Shown here piece by piece: positions 35,219 to 45,275 of a stretch of DNA of 64,000 bases. The notes under the pieces are model-generated. The model had not been told where the DNA came from. It saw nothing but the letters and a program-made list of their open reading frames with translations, and did not search any database. Positions within the stretch are counted from its first letter, which is position 1, and every line of letters begins with the position of its first letter. The translations under genes were made by a program, and so were the position numbers. Origin of the DNA: an uncultured Eubacteriales bacterium (GTDB lineage Bacteria; Bacillota; Clostridia; Christensenellales; Borkfalkiaceae); assembly GCA_905207235.1 (NCBI GenBank), contig CAJLKN010000001.1:31302-95301 (forward strand), in the 5' to 3' direction.

Positions 35219-36553
35219 TCAATAGTGATATTTTTTTCTCTTAATAATCAATAAAATCGCAGTAACGATATCAGCCATAACCTCCGCCGCCACTATCGAA
35301 AGCCATATGCCGTTAAGCCCCCAGATGAGCGGAAAAGTCATTACCGCCGCAATTTGAAAGACGAGCGTTCTCAAAAATGATATCAGCGCCGAAATCAGAC
35401 CGTCGTTCAGGGCGGTGAAAAACGATGAGCCGAACACGGCAAAACCTGAAAAAATAAATGAGAACGAATAAATGAAGAACGCATTTACCGTTATATCCAA
35501 AAGTCCTTTGTCATACCCTACAAACATATAAGCGAGGGGTTTTGAAAGCAGTTCTGCCGCCGCAAACATTACTACGGCGAGCACGCTTATTATTATAAGC
35601 CCCTTTTTGAGCAGCCCTTTGAGTTCATCATAGTTACGCGCACCCGAATGATAGCTTATGACCGGCGCACCGCCGACCGAAAAGCCTATGAACATAGCCT
35701 GAAATACGAGATTGACATACATGAGCACGCCGTATGCCGCGACGCCGTTTTCACCCGCATAGCTAAGAAGCTGAACATTATAGAGCATTCCAACAAGAGA
35801 CATCGAAACGTTTGACATGAGCTCGGATGATCCGTTTGCACACGTCTTTAACAGCGCTTTTACGTCAAAAGAGAAACGCGTAAAGCGCAAAAGGCTTGAA
35901 TTAGGACAAAAGAAATATACTACGGGCAACACTCCGCCGACCAGCTGGCTGAGCGCAGTCGCAACTGCCGCGCCGACCAATCCCCATCCGAATACTGCTA
36001 CGAAAAGCGCGTCCAACGCTATATTTGTCAGACCTGCGGCAACGGTAACATAAAGACCGAGTTTAGGCTTTTCCGCCGTGGCAAACAGGCATTGAAATTC
36101 ATATTGAAGTATATATGCGGGCAACGAAACGAGAATAATCTGCGCATACGCTACGCTGTCTTCGAGCATGGCGCCTTCCGCCCCGAGAAGGGAAGCAACC
36201 TGCCGTACGGAAAAAAATCCCGCTACCGCAAGCACCACGCCGCAAGCGGCAGAAACGGCGACAATCATAGTAAAAATTTTGTTTGCTCTGTCGCGGTCCC
36301 CCTCGCCCATTGATTTGGCAATGAGCGCTCCTCCGCCCGTGCCGAACATAAAACCGACGCAGCCGAGCACCATCAGGAACGGCATTATGAAGTTTACGGC
36401 CGCAAAGGGCGTTTTTCCGACAAAATTTGACACAAAAAAGCCGTCAACGACGCCGTAAACAGAAGTGAACACGAGCATCGTAACCGACGGCAACGTAAAG
36501 CGTATCAGCCGCCCGAAATTAAAATGATCCGAAAGCTGTATCATAATACCCAA
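35219..36553 (-). CDS. MATE-family efflux transporter
   Basis: 444-aa 12-TM protein. Sits downstream of a MarR gene. Confidence 0.8.
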   Translation of the reverse strand: MGIMIQLSDHFNFGRLIRFTLPSVTMLVFTSVYGVVDGFFVSNFVGKTPFAAVNFIMPFLMVLGCVGFMFGTGGGALIAKSMGEGDRDRANKIFTMIVAVSAACGVVLAVAGFFSVRQVASLLGAEGAMLEDSVAYAQIILVSLPAYILQYEFQCLFATAEKPKLGLYVTVAAGLTNIALDALFVAVFGWGLVGAAVATALSQLVGGVLPVVYFFCPNSSLLRFTRFSFDVKALLKTCANGSSELMSNVSMSLVGMLYNVQLLSYAGENGVAAYGVLMYVNLVFQAMFIGFSVGGAPVISYHSGARNYDELKGLLKKGLIIISVLAVVMFAAAELLSKPLAYMFVGYDKGLLDITVNAFFIYSFSFIFSGFAVFGSSFFTALNDGLISALISFLRTLVFQIAAVMTFPLIWGLNGIWLSIVAAEVMADIVTAILLIIKRKKYHY

Positions 36554-36589
36554 ACAGAAATATCCGACCTCAATTATCTGATCTTAAAA

Positions 36590-37027
36590 TCAGATTTTTC
36601 CTATCTTTTCTTTTAAATTTATAAGAAATTTTTCCGTAAGGCGAAGATAATTTGTTATTTCTTCGTCCGTCCATTCATCAAAAATTTCATTTTCGATTTC
36701 AATTATGCGGAGCGCGGTGGTCGAAGCGAATTCCCTGCCTTTATCGCTGAAAAATACCTTCTTTGACTTGCCGTCAACCGCCTCGAGATAGACTATGCCC
36801 TCCTCTTCGAGATTGCGCAATGACGAATTTACCGTCTGCTTGCTCAGTCCCGTCTGTCTGCATAAGTCGGAAAGAAGACAACTTCCCCCTTCATTTCCTA
36901 TTGCATACAAAATTTTCGAGGTGCTGTCGGACATTCCGAATTTTTTCGAGGCGTCGTGATAGGCAGCCTCCAGCTCGCCTATAAGATAATTGTATCTTTT
37001 TAAATTTCTTGAACTTGAAACACTCAT
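36590..37027 (-). CDS. MarR-family transcriptional regulator
   Basis: Winged-helix region LSDLCRQTGLSKQTVNSSLRNLEEEGIV in a 145-aa protein. Confidence 0.75.
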   Translation of the reverse strand: MSVSSSRNLKRYNYLIGELEAAYHDASKKFGMSDSTSKILYAIGNEGGSCLLSDLCRQTGLSKQTVNSSLRNLEEEGIVYLEAVDGKSKKVFFSDKGREFASTTALRIIEIENEIFDEWTDEEITNYLRLTEKFLINLKEKIGKI

Positions 37028-37177
37028 AACGCAATTATTGTACGATTTCGTACTATTTTATAATAACAAACAATAAATACAATGTCAACCGTATATGAAC
37101 ACTTATTTTTTTTGATTGCTGTTTTCGGGAAATAAAAAAGCCGACACTTTTCACGAGGAAAAATGCCGACAATTTAC

Positions 37178-37253
<76 letters not shown>

Positions 37254-37279
37254 AAACATATTAAATCAATTACTCGACT

Positions 37280-37308
37280 ATTATATTTTAATTACAAATT
37301 AATGTCAA
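37280..37308 (-). promoter_or_regulatory. sigma-A promoter (TTGACA-17-TATAAT) for tRNA-Thr
   Basis: Perfect consensus hexamers about 27 nt upstream of the tRNA 5' end. Confidence 0.55.
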
Positions 37309-37365
37309 ATCATTTTGACGGAAAATGAAAAAAATTTAAGCTGAATTATGACATAAAAAAGCCGC

Positions 37366-37400
37366 CCGTCTGCGCAGACTGCTGCGCGGGCGGGCGGCGG
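37366..37400. terminator. GC-rich hairpin terminator + T6 (minus transcript) after the 118-aa gene
   Basis: GCCGCCCGCCCGCGCAG-loop-TGCGCAGACGGGCGGC followed by TTTTTT on the reverse complement. Confidence 0.7.
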
Positions 37401-37418
37401 TTAAACTATGTAAAAAAA

Positions 37419-37775
37419 TTACTTCTTGCGTTTAGCGACTGCTATGCGTACACTTTTTCCCGATTTGGAAGAGCGTGCAGGTTTTTCGGCAAGAACCTCC
37501 TCCACATCGCTTTTAAGTTTTACTTCCATACCCTGTGCCTGTTTCATCTTTACGTAAGCCACTGCGCAGGGATGCTGCAAACTTTTATCGCAGTTAGCGC
37601 AGAAAGGTGCGTACTGTCCGCATAAATCGTATCCGCGTTCTGCACTGTTAATGAATTTATCGATGTCGATTACTTCCTGCAAACGAGCAAGGTTTGCTTC
37701 ATTCAACAGCGCGGGCAATTCTTTAAGCAACTCCAAAGGTGCATTTTCATTCCACATAATGTTGCCTCCATTCAT
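37419..37775 (-). CDS. hypothetical protein with Cys motif (C..C.C..C....C) and a Lys-rich C-terminal tail
   Basis: 118-aa ORF (probable start MWNENAPL). Not assigned to any family. Confidence 0.4.
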   Translation of the reverse strand: MNGGNIMWNENAPLELLKELPALLNEANLARLQEVIDIDKFINSAERGYDLCGQYAPFCANCDKSLQHPCAVAYVKMKQAQGMEVKLKSDVEEVLAEKPARSSKSGKSVRIAVAKRKK

Positions 37776-37831
37776 TTTCTGTTTTTGTATATATTATTAT
37801 AACAAAAAATATCAAAAAATCAATAGCAAAA

Positions 37832-38755
37832 TCAAATTTCTTTGACAATTAATCCCGAAAGTATTTCTTCGTACTTATCTTTTGTGAATGATATGCTGTC
37901 GGGAAGGGTTACTGCCGCTGTTCCCGCCGCCACGCCGCAACTGAGAATTTCGGGAAGGCGCGCCCCTGACACGAGCGCTTTCGTCGCCGCCGCGACCATG
38001 CCGTCGCCCGCGCCGACGGTAGAATTCATTGCTACATTGTTAGATTTGCAATAATAGCTTTTATTGCCGTCGGTAATTATCGCGCCGTGTTTTCCGAGCG
38101 ACAAAAGCACAATTTTTGCGCCCATTTCAACGAGCTTTTTCGCGCCTTCTAGCGCGCCCGCCCTGTTCTTAATTCTTATTCCGAGCGTGCGCTGCAATTC
38201 CTCGACATTGGGCTTTACGAGATCGACCCCGCACCTGAGCGCCTGAAGCAACCTGTCGCCCTCGCTATCGACGACTTTGACAACGTTTTCGGGAACGGCG
38301 AATAAAATTCTGGAATAATAATCGGCCGTCATGCCCTTTGCCAGCCCTCCTGCGACGACCACCGCCTCGCAACCGCGGGCAAATTCGGATATAAGCGTTA
38401 TAAGATCGTCCTGCTTCTGCTTGGTAACCTCGGGCGAAACGTCGTCAATTTCCGTCAGCATAGATTTTTCGTCTATGAATTTGTAATTTTCGCGCACCCT
38501 GCCCTTGCTCCAGACAAATTTGTACGCGATACCCTCGCGGTGGAGCTCCTGTTCGAAAAGTCTGCCGTTATCTTCGTACATAAAGCCCGTTATAAAAGTC
38601 TGCACTCCGAGGCGGGCGAGACCGACGGCAACATTTATGCTTTTTCCCGTAAAAAATGTGTTTTTATTGATAATCTTGTGCGTCATTCCCACAGTAAGCG
38701 AATCGACTTCGATATTGACGTCGATGCACGGACTGAGACATACCGTTAAAATCAT
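37832..38755 (-). CDS. PfkB-family hexose-phosphate kinase (1-phosphofructokinase / tagatose-6-P kinase type)
   Basis: Ribokinase-fold motifs including GAGD near the C-terminus (NSTVGAGDGMVAA). Confidence 0.75.
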   Translation of the reverse strand: MILTVCLSPCIDVNIEVDSLTVGMTHKIINKNTFFTGKSINVAVGLARLGVQTFITGFMYEDNGRLFEQELHREGIAYKFVWSKGRVRENYKFIDEKSMLTEIDDVSPEVTKQKQDDLITLISEFARGCEAVVVAGGLAKGMTADYYSRILFAVPENVVKVVDSEGDRLLQALRCGVDLVKPNVEELQRTLGIRIKNRAGALEGAKKLVEMGAKIVLLSLGKHGAIITDGNKSYYCKSNNVAMNSTVGAGDGMVAAATKALVSGARLPEILSCGVAAGTAAVTLPDSISFTKDKYEEILSGLIVKEI

Positions 38756-38818
38756 TTATAACCCCTTGAAATTTTAAGACATAATTAAAGCCGCTTGAAA
38801 AAGCGGCTTTAGTAAAAT

Positions 38819-39781
38819 TCACATCGAAATCATCTGAAGCGTTTCGTATAATTCGTAATTGAATTTCTTTTTCATGCTTACCGCTTCGATTATATCCATG
38901 TCGATTATTTCATTCTTATGAATGCCGACAACCCTGTTTCCGACGCCTTCGTTGAGCAGTCTTACCGCCTTGTTACCGAACTGCGCCGCAAGCATTCTGT
39001 CTGCCATCGAAGGCGAACCGCCGCGCTGAATATGACCGATTGTAGTGGGACGAACAGAGTAAGTAGTTACAGACTGAAGCTGTTTTGCAAACTCTTCGGC
39101 GGTGCAAACGCCCTCGGCAACGACAACGATGTTAGAATGTTTGCCGTTTGCGCGCGAACGGTTAATGCGCATAACTATGTCGTCGAGGTCGAATACAACT
39201 TCGGGAACGACTATAATTTCGGCGCCTGACGCAATGCCGGCATAGAGAGCTATGTCGCCGCAGCGCCTGCCCATAACTTCCACGACCGAAATACGTTCGT
39301 GGGACGTCATGGTGTCGCGCAGTTTATTTATTACGTCGATACACGTATTTACCGCCGTATCGAAACCGAGCGTATAATCGGTATATTCAAGGTCGTTATC
39401 GATGGTGCCGGGAATACCTATAGTAGGAATTCCGTATTCTTCCGAAAGGCACTTTGCGCCCCTGAAAGAACCGTCGCCGCCGATGACGACAAGCCCTTCT
39501 ATTCCGCGGGTTTCTAGCGTCTTTACAGCTTTTTTCTGACCCTCTTTGGTCAGCATTTCAAGGCAACGCGCCGTGCGGAGCTTTGTTCCGCCCCTCTGAA
39601 CTATATCGGACACAGAACGCATTTCCATGGGTATCATTTCGTCATCGATAAGTCCCTGATAGCCGCGCTCAATGCCGTAAACTTCCATGCCGTAATAGAG
39701 CGCCGTGCGCACTACCGACCTTATGCAGGCATTCATTCCGGGAGCATCGCCGCCGCTGGTAAGCAAGCCTATTCTCTTCAT
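38819..39781 (-). CDS. pfkA: ATP-dependent 6-phosphofructokinase
   Basis: Begins MKRIGLLTSGGDAPGMNA, PfkA signature. dnaE-pfkA linkage is conserved in Firmicutes. Confidence 0.9.
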   Translation of the reverse strand: MKRIGLLTSGGDAPGMNACIRSVVRTALYYGMEVYGIERGYQGLIDDEMIPMEMRSVSDIVQRGGTKLRTARCLEMLTKEGQKKAVKTLETRGIEGLVVIGGDGSFRGAKCLSEEYGIPTIGIPGTIDNDLEYTDYTLGFDTAVNTCIDVINKLRDTMTSHERISVVEVMGRRCGDIALYAGIASGAEIIVVPEVVFDLDDIVMRINRSRANGKHSNIVVVAEGVCTAEEFAKQLQSVTTYSVRPTTIGHIQRGGSPSMADRMLAAQFGNKAVRLLNEGVGNRVVGIHKNEIIDMDIIEAVSMKKKFNYELYETLQMISM

Positions 39782-39924
39782 AACAGAATCCCTCCGTAAT
39801 TAAGCCGCCGCGCGCGGCACAAAAACCGCTTGCCCCCTTACAACGCAACGACTCCTTCCATCATTTCCATTTTATATTATAGCAGAATAAATTTATATTT
39901 ACAACAATTTTAAGCAATTATTTT

Positions 39925-42900
39925 TTATTCGACGTATTTGATATCCTTTTCGAAAATGAAAGATGAAAGCTCGGCGAGCAGACCGCGGCAGTAATTCACG
40001 CCGCCCGGCAATTTATACTTTTTGCCTCCCCTCAATATCGCGCATACCGTATCTCCCTCATAATTGGAAAGCATTGAAAGCATTTCGTCGAAATCAATGT
40101 CGGAAAGCGCCGTCGCGTTCAGCCAGAGAACGGGCTGCTTTTTCTTTTCGGCAACTTTTGTCGCTGCGGGTTTGCCGCCGAAAGCCTCCGTATCGAATTC
40201 TTTTATATCATCAATTATGACGGAGGGTTCCTTTCCTCCGACTAAGTCAAGTTTTCCTTTAAGAGTAATAATTTTGTCGTTGGCGACCGACGCCTTTACG
40301 CGCTCGTAGATAGCGGGGAATGCTACGCATTCGACAGAGCCATATACGTCCTCGACGGTTATGAACGCCATGAAAGCGCCCGTGCGCTTTGTAGTCGTGC
40401 GCCTGTAAGCCGAAATTATGCCGCCCATTTCAACAGTCATGCCGTCCTGAACGGAGTTATAAGTTCTGTTGCCGTCCTCGTCTTCCATATAGTCGTCCAA
40501 CATCGAGCAGTTGAAAGGCATATCTTTGAACGCGGACATATATTTTTCGAAGGGATGCCCGCTTACGTAAACGCCGAGAACCTGTTTTTCCTTGGATAGC
40601 TTTTCCATCACGTCGTATTCGGGAATGTCGGGATAATCTGCCTGAAGGCTCTCTTCCTGAATGAATTCGCCGAAAAGCGACATCTGTGCGCTGTTTTTCT
40701 GCTTGTTTATGCCTGTTGCTCTGGAATAAAGCTCGTCATAGACGGCAAACAGCCTCGAACGGGCGATACCCATCGCGTCGAAAGCGCCGGCGAGAATGAG
40801 CCCCTCTATTATGCGCTTGTTGACGAAGGGAGCGCACCTTAAAACAAAGTCGGGAAAATCTTTGAAAAGTCCGTTCTTCGTTCTTTCGGCTATGACGTCG
40901 TCGATAGCGCTCTGTCCCGTGCCTTTGAGGGCGGAAAGTCCGAACCTAACGCCGTCGTCCTCTACCGAAAACACCGTCTTGGACTTATTTATGTCGGGAG
41001 GCAACACTTTCATTCCCTTATCTTTGAGGTAAAGGACATATTTTGTTATCTCGTCGATTTTATTAAGTCTGTTATTGAGAAGCGCGCAGATAAATTCTTT
41101 GCAGTAGTATTTTTTGAGCCAGGCAGTCTGATAAGCGAGAGTTGCGTAAGCCGCCGCGTGCGATTTGTTGAATGCGTAGGACGCGAAGCCCTCCATGTCG
41201 GCAAAAATTTTTGCCGCCGTATCGGCAGAAATGCCGTTCTTTACGCAACCGACGATAGTCGAACCGTTTGTATCGCTTATGCCGCCGTTGATGAATTTAT
41301 CCTTCTGCGCCATAAGGGTCTTTTTATCTTTTTTACCCATCGCGCGGCGCACGAGGTCTGCTTCGCCGAGGGAGAAGCCTGCAAGGTACTGGAAAATCTG
41401 CATGACCTGTTCCTGATAAACGGGTATGCCGTAGGTAACTTTTAGTATCTTTTCTTCCTCGGGAGTATCGTATGTTATGGGCGCGAGCCCGTGTTTGCGG
41501 TTGCAGAAGTCGTCTATGAACCTCATGGGACCGGGGCGGTACAAAGATACACCCGCTATGAGGTCTTCGAGACAGTCGGGTTTGAGCTGGCGCATGAACT
41601 TTTTCATGCCGCCCGCTTCGAGCTGGAACACGCCGTCGGTATCGCCTTCGGAAATGAGCGAGTATGCGCCCGCGTCCGTATAACCGATTTTATTGAAATC
41701 GACCTTTACTCCGTGATTTTCTTCGATATAATCGACGCATTTTTTGATATCGGTCAGAGTAACGAGCGCAAGGAAGTCCATTTTGAGCATTCCGAGCGCT
41801 TCTATCTCCTTTGCGACGAACTGCGTGGTAATATCCTCGCCGTTCCTCGAAAGAGGTACGTTGTCGGCAATCTTTTTGCGGCAGATAACTACGCCCGCGG
41901 CGTGCATGCCCGTCTGTCGGGGCATGCCCTCTATCTGCATAGCCATGTCTATGACTTTGCGCAAAGTTGCGTCCGTTTCATAAATTTCGCAGAATTCCGA
42001 ATTTCTTGCCGCTTTGAGGTCATTCAGCTTGCCCTCCGCGTCAGCGCGCTTGTCGGGGTCGGTTTCCGCCTCCATTTTAGCTCTGGCATCTTCAATTCTC
42101 TTGCCAAGAAGGTCGCCAATCGAGGTCTTGCCGTCCATTATTTTGGTCAGCTTGTCCGTTTCGGAATAGGGAACGCGCATAACTCTGCCGACGTCCTTTA
42201 TGGAGTTTTTTGCCGCCATCGTGCCGAAAGTTACTATCTGACACACGTTTTCGGGATGATATTTCTGCCTTACGTACTCTATCGTTTCGCTTCTTCTGTC
42301 CGTGCAGAAGTCTATATCGAAGTCGGGCATAGACACGCGGTCGGGGTTCAAGAAACGCTCGAAGAGCAAATCGTACTGCAAAGGCTCGACGTCGGTTATG
42401 CCTATCGCATAGGCGACGATGGAGCTTACGCCCGAGCCGCGCCCGGGACCTACGGGTATTCCGTTTGCCTTGGACCAGTTTATGAAGTCCCAGACAATGA
42501 GGTAATATTCCGCATAGCCCATGTTTATTATAACATTGAGTTCGTAATCGGCGCGCTCGCGCTCCCTCTTCGTAACCGTGCCGTACCTTCTTACGAGACC
42601 TTCGTCGGTAAGTTTGCGAAGGTAATCGGGGGGCGTTGAGCCGTCGGGCGGAGTATAGCCGGGGATGAGCGTGTTGTCTCTTATGGGGTAACCCTTTTTA
42701 TCGAGGTTGAAAGCTGGTTCAGTAACCTTGTCAGCTATGACGCGTGTGTTCGTTATGGCCTGAGGATACGCCGAAAACAGCTTTGCCATTTCGTCGCCCG
42801 ATTTGAAATAAAATTCGTTGGTATCGAATTTCATTCGCTTGGGGTCGTCCAGCGTTTTTTTCATCTGGATGCACATAAGTACATCCTGCATTTCCGCGCC

Positions 42901-43524
42901 CTCTTTGGTTATATAGTGCACATCGTTTGTCGCCACTATTTCGACGCCGACTTTTTCGGCGAGCGAAACCAACAGGGGCAGAACGCGCTTTTCTTCGGGA
43001 ATTCCGTGGTCCTGAATTTCTATATAAAAATCGTCGCCGAAGACCTCTTTGAGATAGAGCGCGAGCTCCTCCGCCCCCTTATCGTCCCCCGCGAGCAATT
43101 TTTTGGGAATTCCGCCCGCGAGGCAGGCGGAAAGGCAGATTACGCCCTCGGAATGTTCTTTCAGAACCTTGTAGTCAATCTTCGGCTTGTAATAAAAACC
43201 GTCAACGAACGCCATGGAGTCCAGCTGAACGAGATTTTTATATCCCGCCTTATTCTTTGCAAGCAGAATGAGGTGATCGGCGGTATTGGACGTCTTGTCG
43301 TTCATGTCGCGCGTTACGTAAAATTCACAGCCGATTATGTATTTTATGCCCGCAATGGCGGCTTTTTCGGCAAAATGAAGAGTGCCGTACATATTGCCGT
43401 GGTCGGTGATACATACGGTGTCCACGCCGTTTTTCTTGCAGTAATCTATAAGATTGTCAATCTTGCACGCTCCGTCCAGAAGGGAATATTCGGTATGAAG
43501 GTGCAAATGTACGAAATCAGTCAT
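39925..43524 (-). CDS. dnaE: DNA polymerase III alpha subunit (PHP domain N-terminus)
   Basis: 1199 aa, beginning FVHLHLHTEYSLLDG with a downstream polymerase core. Confidence 0.9.
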   Translation of the reverse strand: MTDFVHLHLHTEYSLLDGACKIDNLIDYCKKNGVDTVCITDHGNMYGTLHFAEKAAIAGIKYIIGCEFYVTRDMNDKTSNTADHLILLAKNKAGYKNLVQLDSMAFVDGFYYKPKIDYKVLKEHSEGVICLSACLAGGIPKKLLAGDDKGAEELALYLKEVFGDDFYIEIQDHGIPEEKRVLPLLVSLAEKVGVEIVATNDVHYITKEGAEMQDVLMCIQMKKTLDDPKRMKFDTNEFYFKSGDEMAKLFSAYPQAITNTRVIADKVTEPAFNLDKKGYPIRDNTLIPGYTPPDGSTPPDYLRKLTDEGLVRRYGTVTKRERERADYELNVIINMGYAEYYLIVWDFINWSKANGIPVGPGRGSGVSSIVAYAIGITDVEPLQYDLLFERFLNPDRVSMPDFDIDFCTDRRSETIEYVRQKYHPENVCQIVTFGTMAAKNSIKDVGRVMRVPYSETDKLTKIMDGKTSIGDLLGKRIEDARAKMEAETDPDKRADAEGKLNDLKAARNSEFCEIYETDATLRKVIDMAMQIEGMPRQTGMHAAGVVICRKKIADNVPLSRNGEDITTQFVAKEIEALGMLKMDFLALVTLTDIKKCVDYIEENHGVKVDFNKIGYTDAGAYSLISEGDTDGVFQLEAGGMKKFMRQLKPDCLEDLIAGVSLYRPGPMRFIDDFCNRKHGLAPITYDTPEEEKILKVTYGIPVYQEQVMQIFQYLAGFSLGEADLVRRAMGKKDKKTLMAQKDKFINGGISDTNGSTIVGCVKNGISADTAAKIFADMEGFASYAFNKSHAAAYATLAYQTAWLKKYYCKEFICALLNNRLNKIDEITKYVLYLKDKGMKVLPPDINKSKTVFSVEDDGVRFGLSALKGTGQSAIDDVIAERTKNGLFKDFPDFVLRCAPFVNKRIIEGLILAGAFDAMGIARSRLFAVYDELYSRATGINKQKNSAQMSLFGEFIQEESLQADYPDIPEYDVMEKLSKEKQVLGVYVSGHPFEKYMSAFKDMPFNCSMLDDYMEDEDGNRTYNSVQDGMTVEMGGIISAYRRTTTKRTGAFMAFITVEDVYGSVECVAFPAIYERVKASVANDKIITLKGKLDLVGGKEPSVIIDDIKEFDTEAFGGKPAATKVAEKKKQPVLWLNATALSDIDFDEMLSMLSNYEGDTVCAILRGGKKYKLPGGVNYCRGLLAELSSFIFEKDIKYVE

Positions 43525-43543
43525 ATTTCTTCCTTATCTCAGT

Positions 43544-44494
43544 TCAGGACAGCTGTTCTGCTATCTCGGCTATCTTTCTCATGCGGTGATTTATACAGCT
43601 TTTTGTAATATTGAGCCTGTCGGCGAGCTCCTGCATAGAGGCGTTGGGGTCGGCGAGGCGAGCCTCCGCCGCTTCAAACAGTTTTTCGTTGAGCTTTTTA
43701 AGCCCTATCGTCTGCCTTATCGTTTCAATCGCGCGTATCTGCGAAACCGAAGCCCGCACGGCTTTATCTATGTTGGAAACCGAACAGTTGCTCACCCTGT
43801 TGTCGTTATTCGTCCTGTCCTTGAGCTCAACTATTTTGTTGAGCTTTTCAAGGCTGTCGGATACGGACATCTCGTTGAGGATATCGGAAATTACTTCCTT
43901 GCTCTTGACATAGACCACAGCGCTGTCCTTGCGAGCGACGAGTTTTGCAAGTATGTCGAGCGAGCACAAAAGATCGCAGAAATCGCCAGCAGTATTTCTA
44001 TTAGAGAAAACCACTTCGAAATGATATCCAGTGCGACTGTAACTGCCCTCGTCGGGAATTGTACAGCTTCCGCCGCCAAGAAAAGCGCCTTTGAGATATG
44101 CGGACATGCAACAAGCCGACGACACAAGGCTGTCATCTATTCCGAAAGTTAATGAAACGCCGTCCGAATTGACTTTTAAAATCTTAAGGTCAGACAAAAG
44201 TTTTGTCGTTGACGCATCCACGCAGGCAAAAGTCAGCTTGTCCCTGCCGGAAAATTTATCGAATTCCACACCGACGCGGGCGGTGGTTACTCCGAAATGG
44301 TTTTCGAGCATTTCGCACAGAAATTCCGCAGTACGCTCGTTTTCGGTTATTATTTCAAACCCGTAGTTTCCTCCGCGCGAAATAATGCTGCCGCTTGTGC
44401 GTATGAACGCCGAAAGAAAAGCCTTTCTGCAACAATCTTTTTCTATTCCGTTTTCTATAATTTCATTTTTTATCTGCTCGGTGAAGTTTGACAT
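43544..44494 (-). CDS. whiA: DNA-binding sporulation/cell-division regulator WhiA
   Basis: LAGLIDADG-like N-terminal region and C-terminal HTH. Start trimmed to MSNFTEQIKNE to avoid a 65-nt overlap with the upstream gene. Confidence 0.75.
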   Translation of the reverse strand: MSNFTEQIKNEIIENGIEKDCCRKAFLSAFIRTSGSIISRGGNYGFEIITENERTAEFLCEMLENHFGVTTARVGVEFDKFSGRDKLTFACVDASTTKLLSDLKILKVNSDGVSLTFGIDDSLVSSACCMSAYLKGAFLGGGSCTIPDEGSYSRTGYHFEVVFSNRNTAGDFCDLLCSLDILAKLVARKDSAVVYVKSKEVISDILNEMSVSDSLEKLNKIVELKDRTNNDNRVSNCSVSNIDKAVRASVSQIRAIETIRQTIGLKKLNEKLFEAAEARLADPNASMQELADRLNITKSCINHRMRKIAEIAEQLS

Positions 44495-44498
44495 GCAA

Positions 44499-45275
44499 TC
44501 ATAAATTCCTGATTTTATACTCGGTAAAGCGGAAAGAAGGCAATCTTCCGTCGATGTTATCAATCTGTTCGTAAGGCACGCTCGCCTGCGAAAGCAACTG
44601 CTCGGCTATGAGCGTATCCCCCACTCTGTCGACAGAATGAGCATCGGAATCGATGACAAACCTCACGCCAGTCGATGCCATCAGATTAAGTTCCTCGGCG
44701 GAAACATGCCGCTTTTTTGTATTTATCTCTATATAAGTTCCGTAATCGGCGCAAACGGAGGCAACTTCTTTAAGGTCGCAAAAGCACTTGTAATTGATAT
44801 GCGTAAGAATGTCAACGGGGTTATTTTTTACAGCCTCCACATATGCGCGCGTGGTATTTTTTATTATCTGCTCCGAAGGCTTTCTGCCCGATTTGTAAGC
44901 GAGATAATTTTTCAGCATAATGTTATAAGCGTCGGATAAGGACGCGTATCTTAAAACTTCGTGAATGCCGCAAAGATAGATGTCGAAAAATTCGAGGTCG
45001 CTATCCTTCATGTCCGTGCGCCCGTCGAGAGATATAAGATTGCTCTCCATGCCCATGTAAATTTTAATTCCTGTTGCCGCCTGGGCCTCGTCGATTTCTT
45101 TGCGAAGGGCAGGCAGTTTTTTGCGCCTCAGACCGAACAGAAGATGGTTGAAACCGTGGTCGGTTATGGCGAGCTCTTTAAGCCCCTTGTTTTTTGCCGC
45201 GGCGGCGTTTTCGAGCACGGTATTTTTGCCGTGCGAATAGGGTGTATGGGTATGATAATCAGCCGTTAAAATCAT
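44499..45275 (-). CDS. PHP-domain phosphoesterase (HisK paralogue-like)
   Basis: Begins MILTADYHTHTPYSHG, PHP metal-binding N-terminus. Confidence 0.65.
   Translation of the reverse strand: MILTADYHTHTPYSHGKNTVLENAAAAKNKGLKELAITDHGFNHLLFGLRRKKLPALRKEIDEAQAATGIKIYMGMESNLISLDGRTDMKDSDLEFFDIYLCGIHEVLRYASLSDAYNIMLKNYLAYKSGRKPSEQIIKNTTRAYVEAVKNNPVDILTHINYKCFCDLKEVASVCADYGTYIEINTKKRHVSAEELNLMASTGVRFVIDSDAHSVDRVGDTLIAEQLLSQASVPYEQIDNIDGRLPSFRFTEYKIRNL

Noticed and set aside
41491-42639. Long antisense ORFs inside conserved genes. Examples: 382 aa within dnaE, 312 aa within thrS (50828..51766), 280 aa within hisD (18263..19105), 269 aa within hisF (14580..15389), 220 aa within nfnB (3993..4655), 274 aa within leuS (54082..54906).
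   Set aside because: All lie antisense to well-supported conserved genes. They have no RBS and no recognisable motifs, and they show low-complexity composition. They are shadow ORFs.
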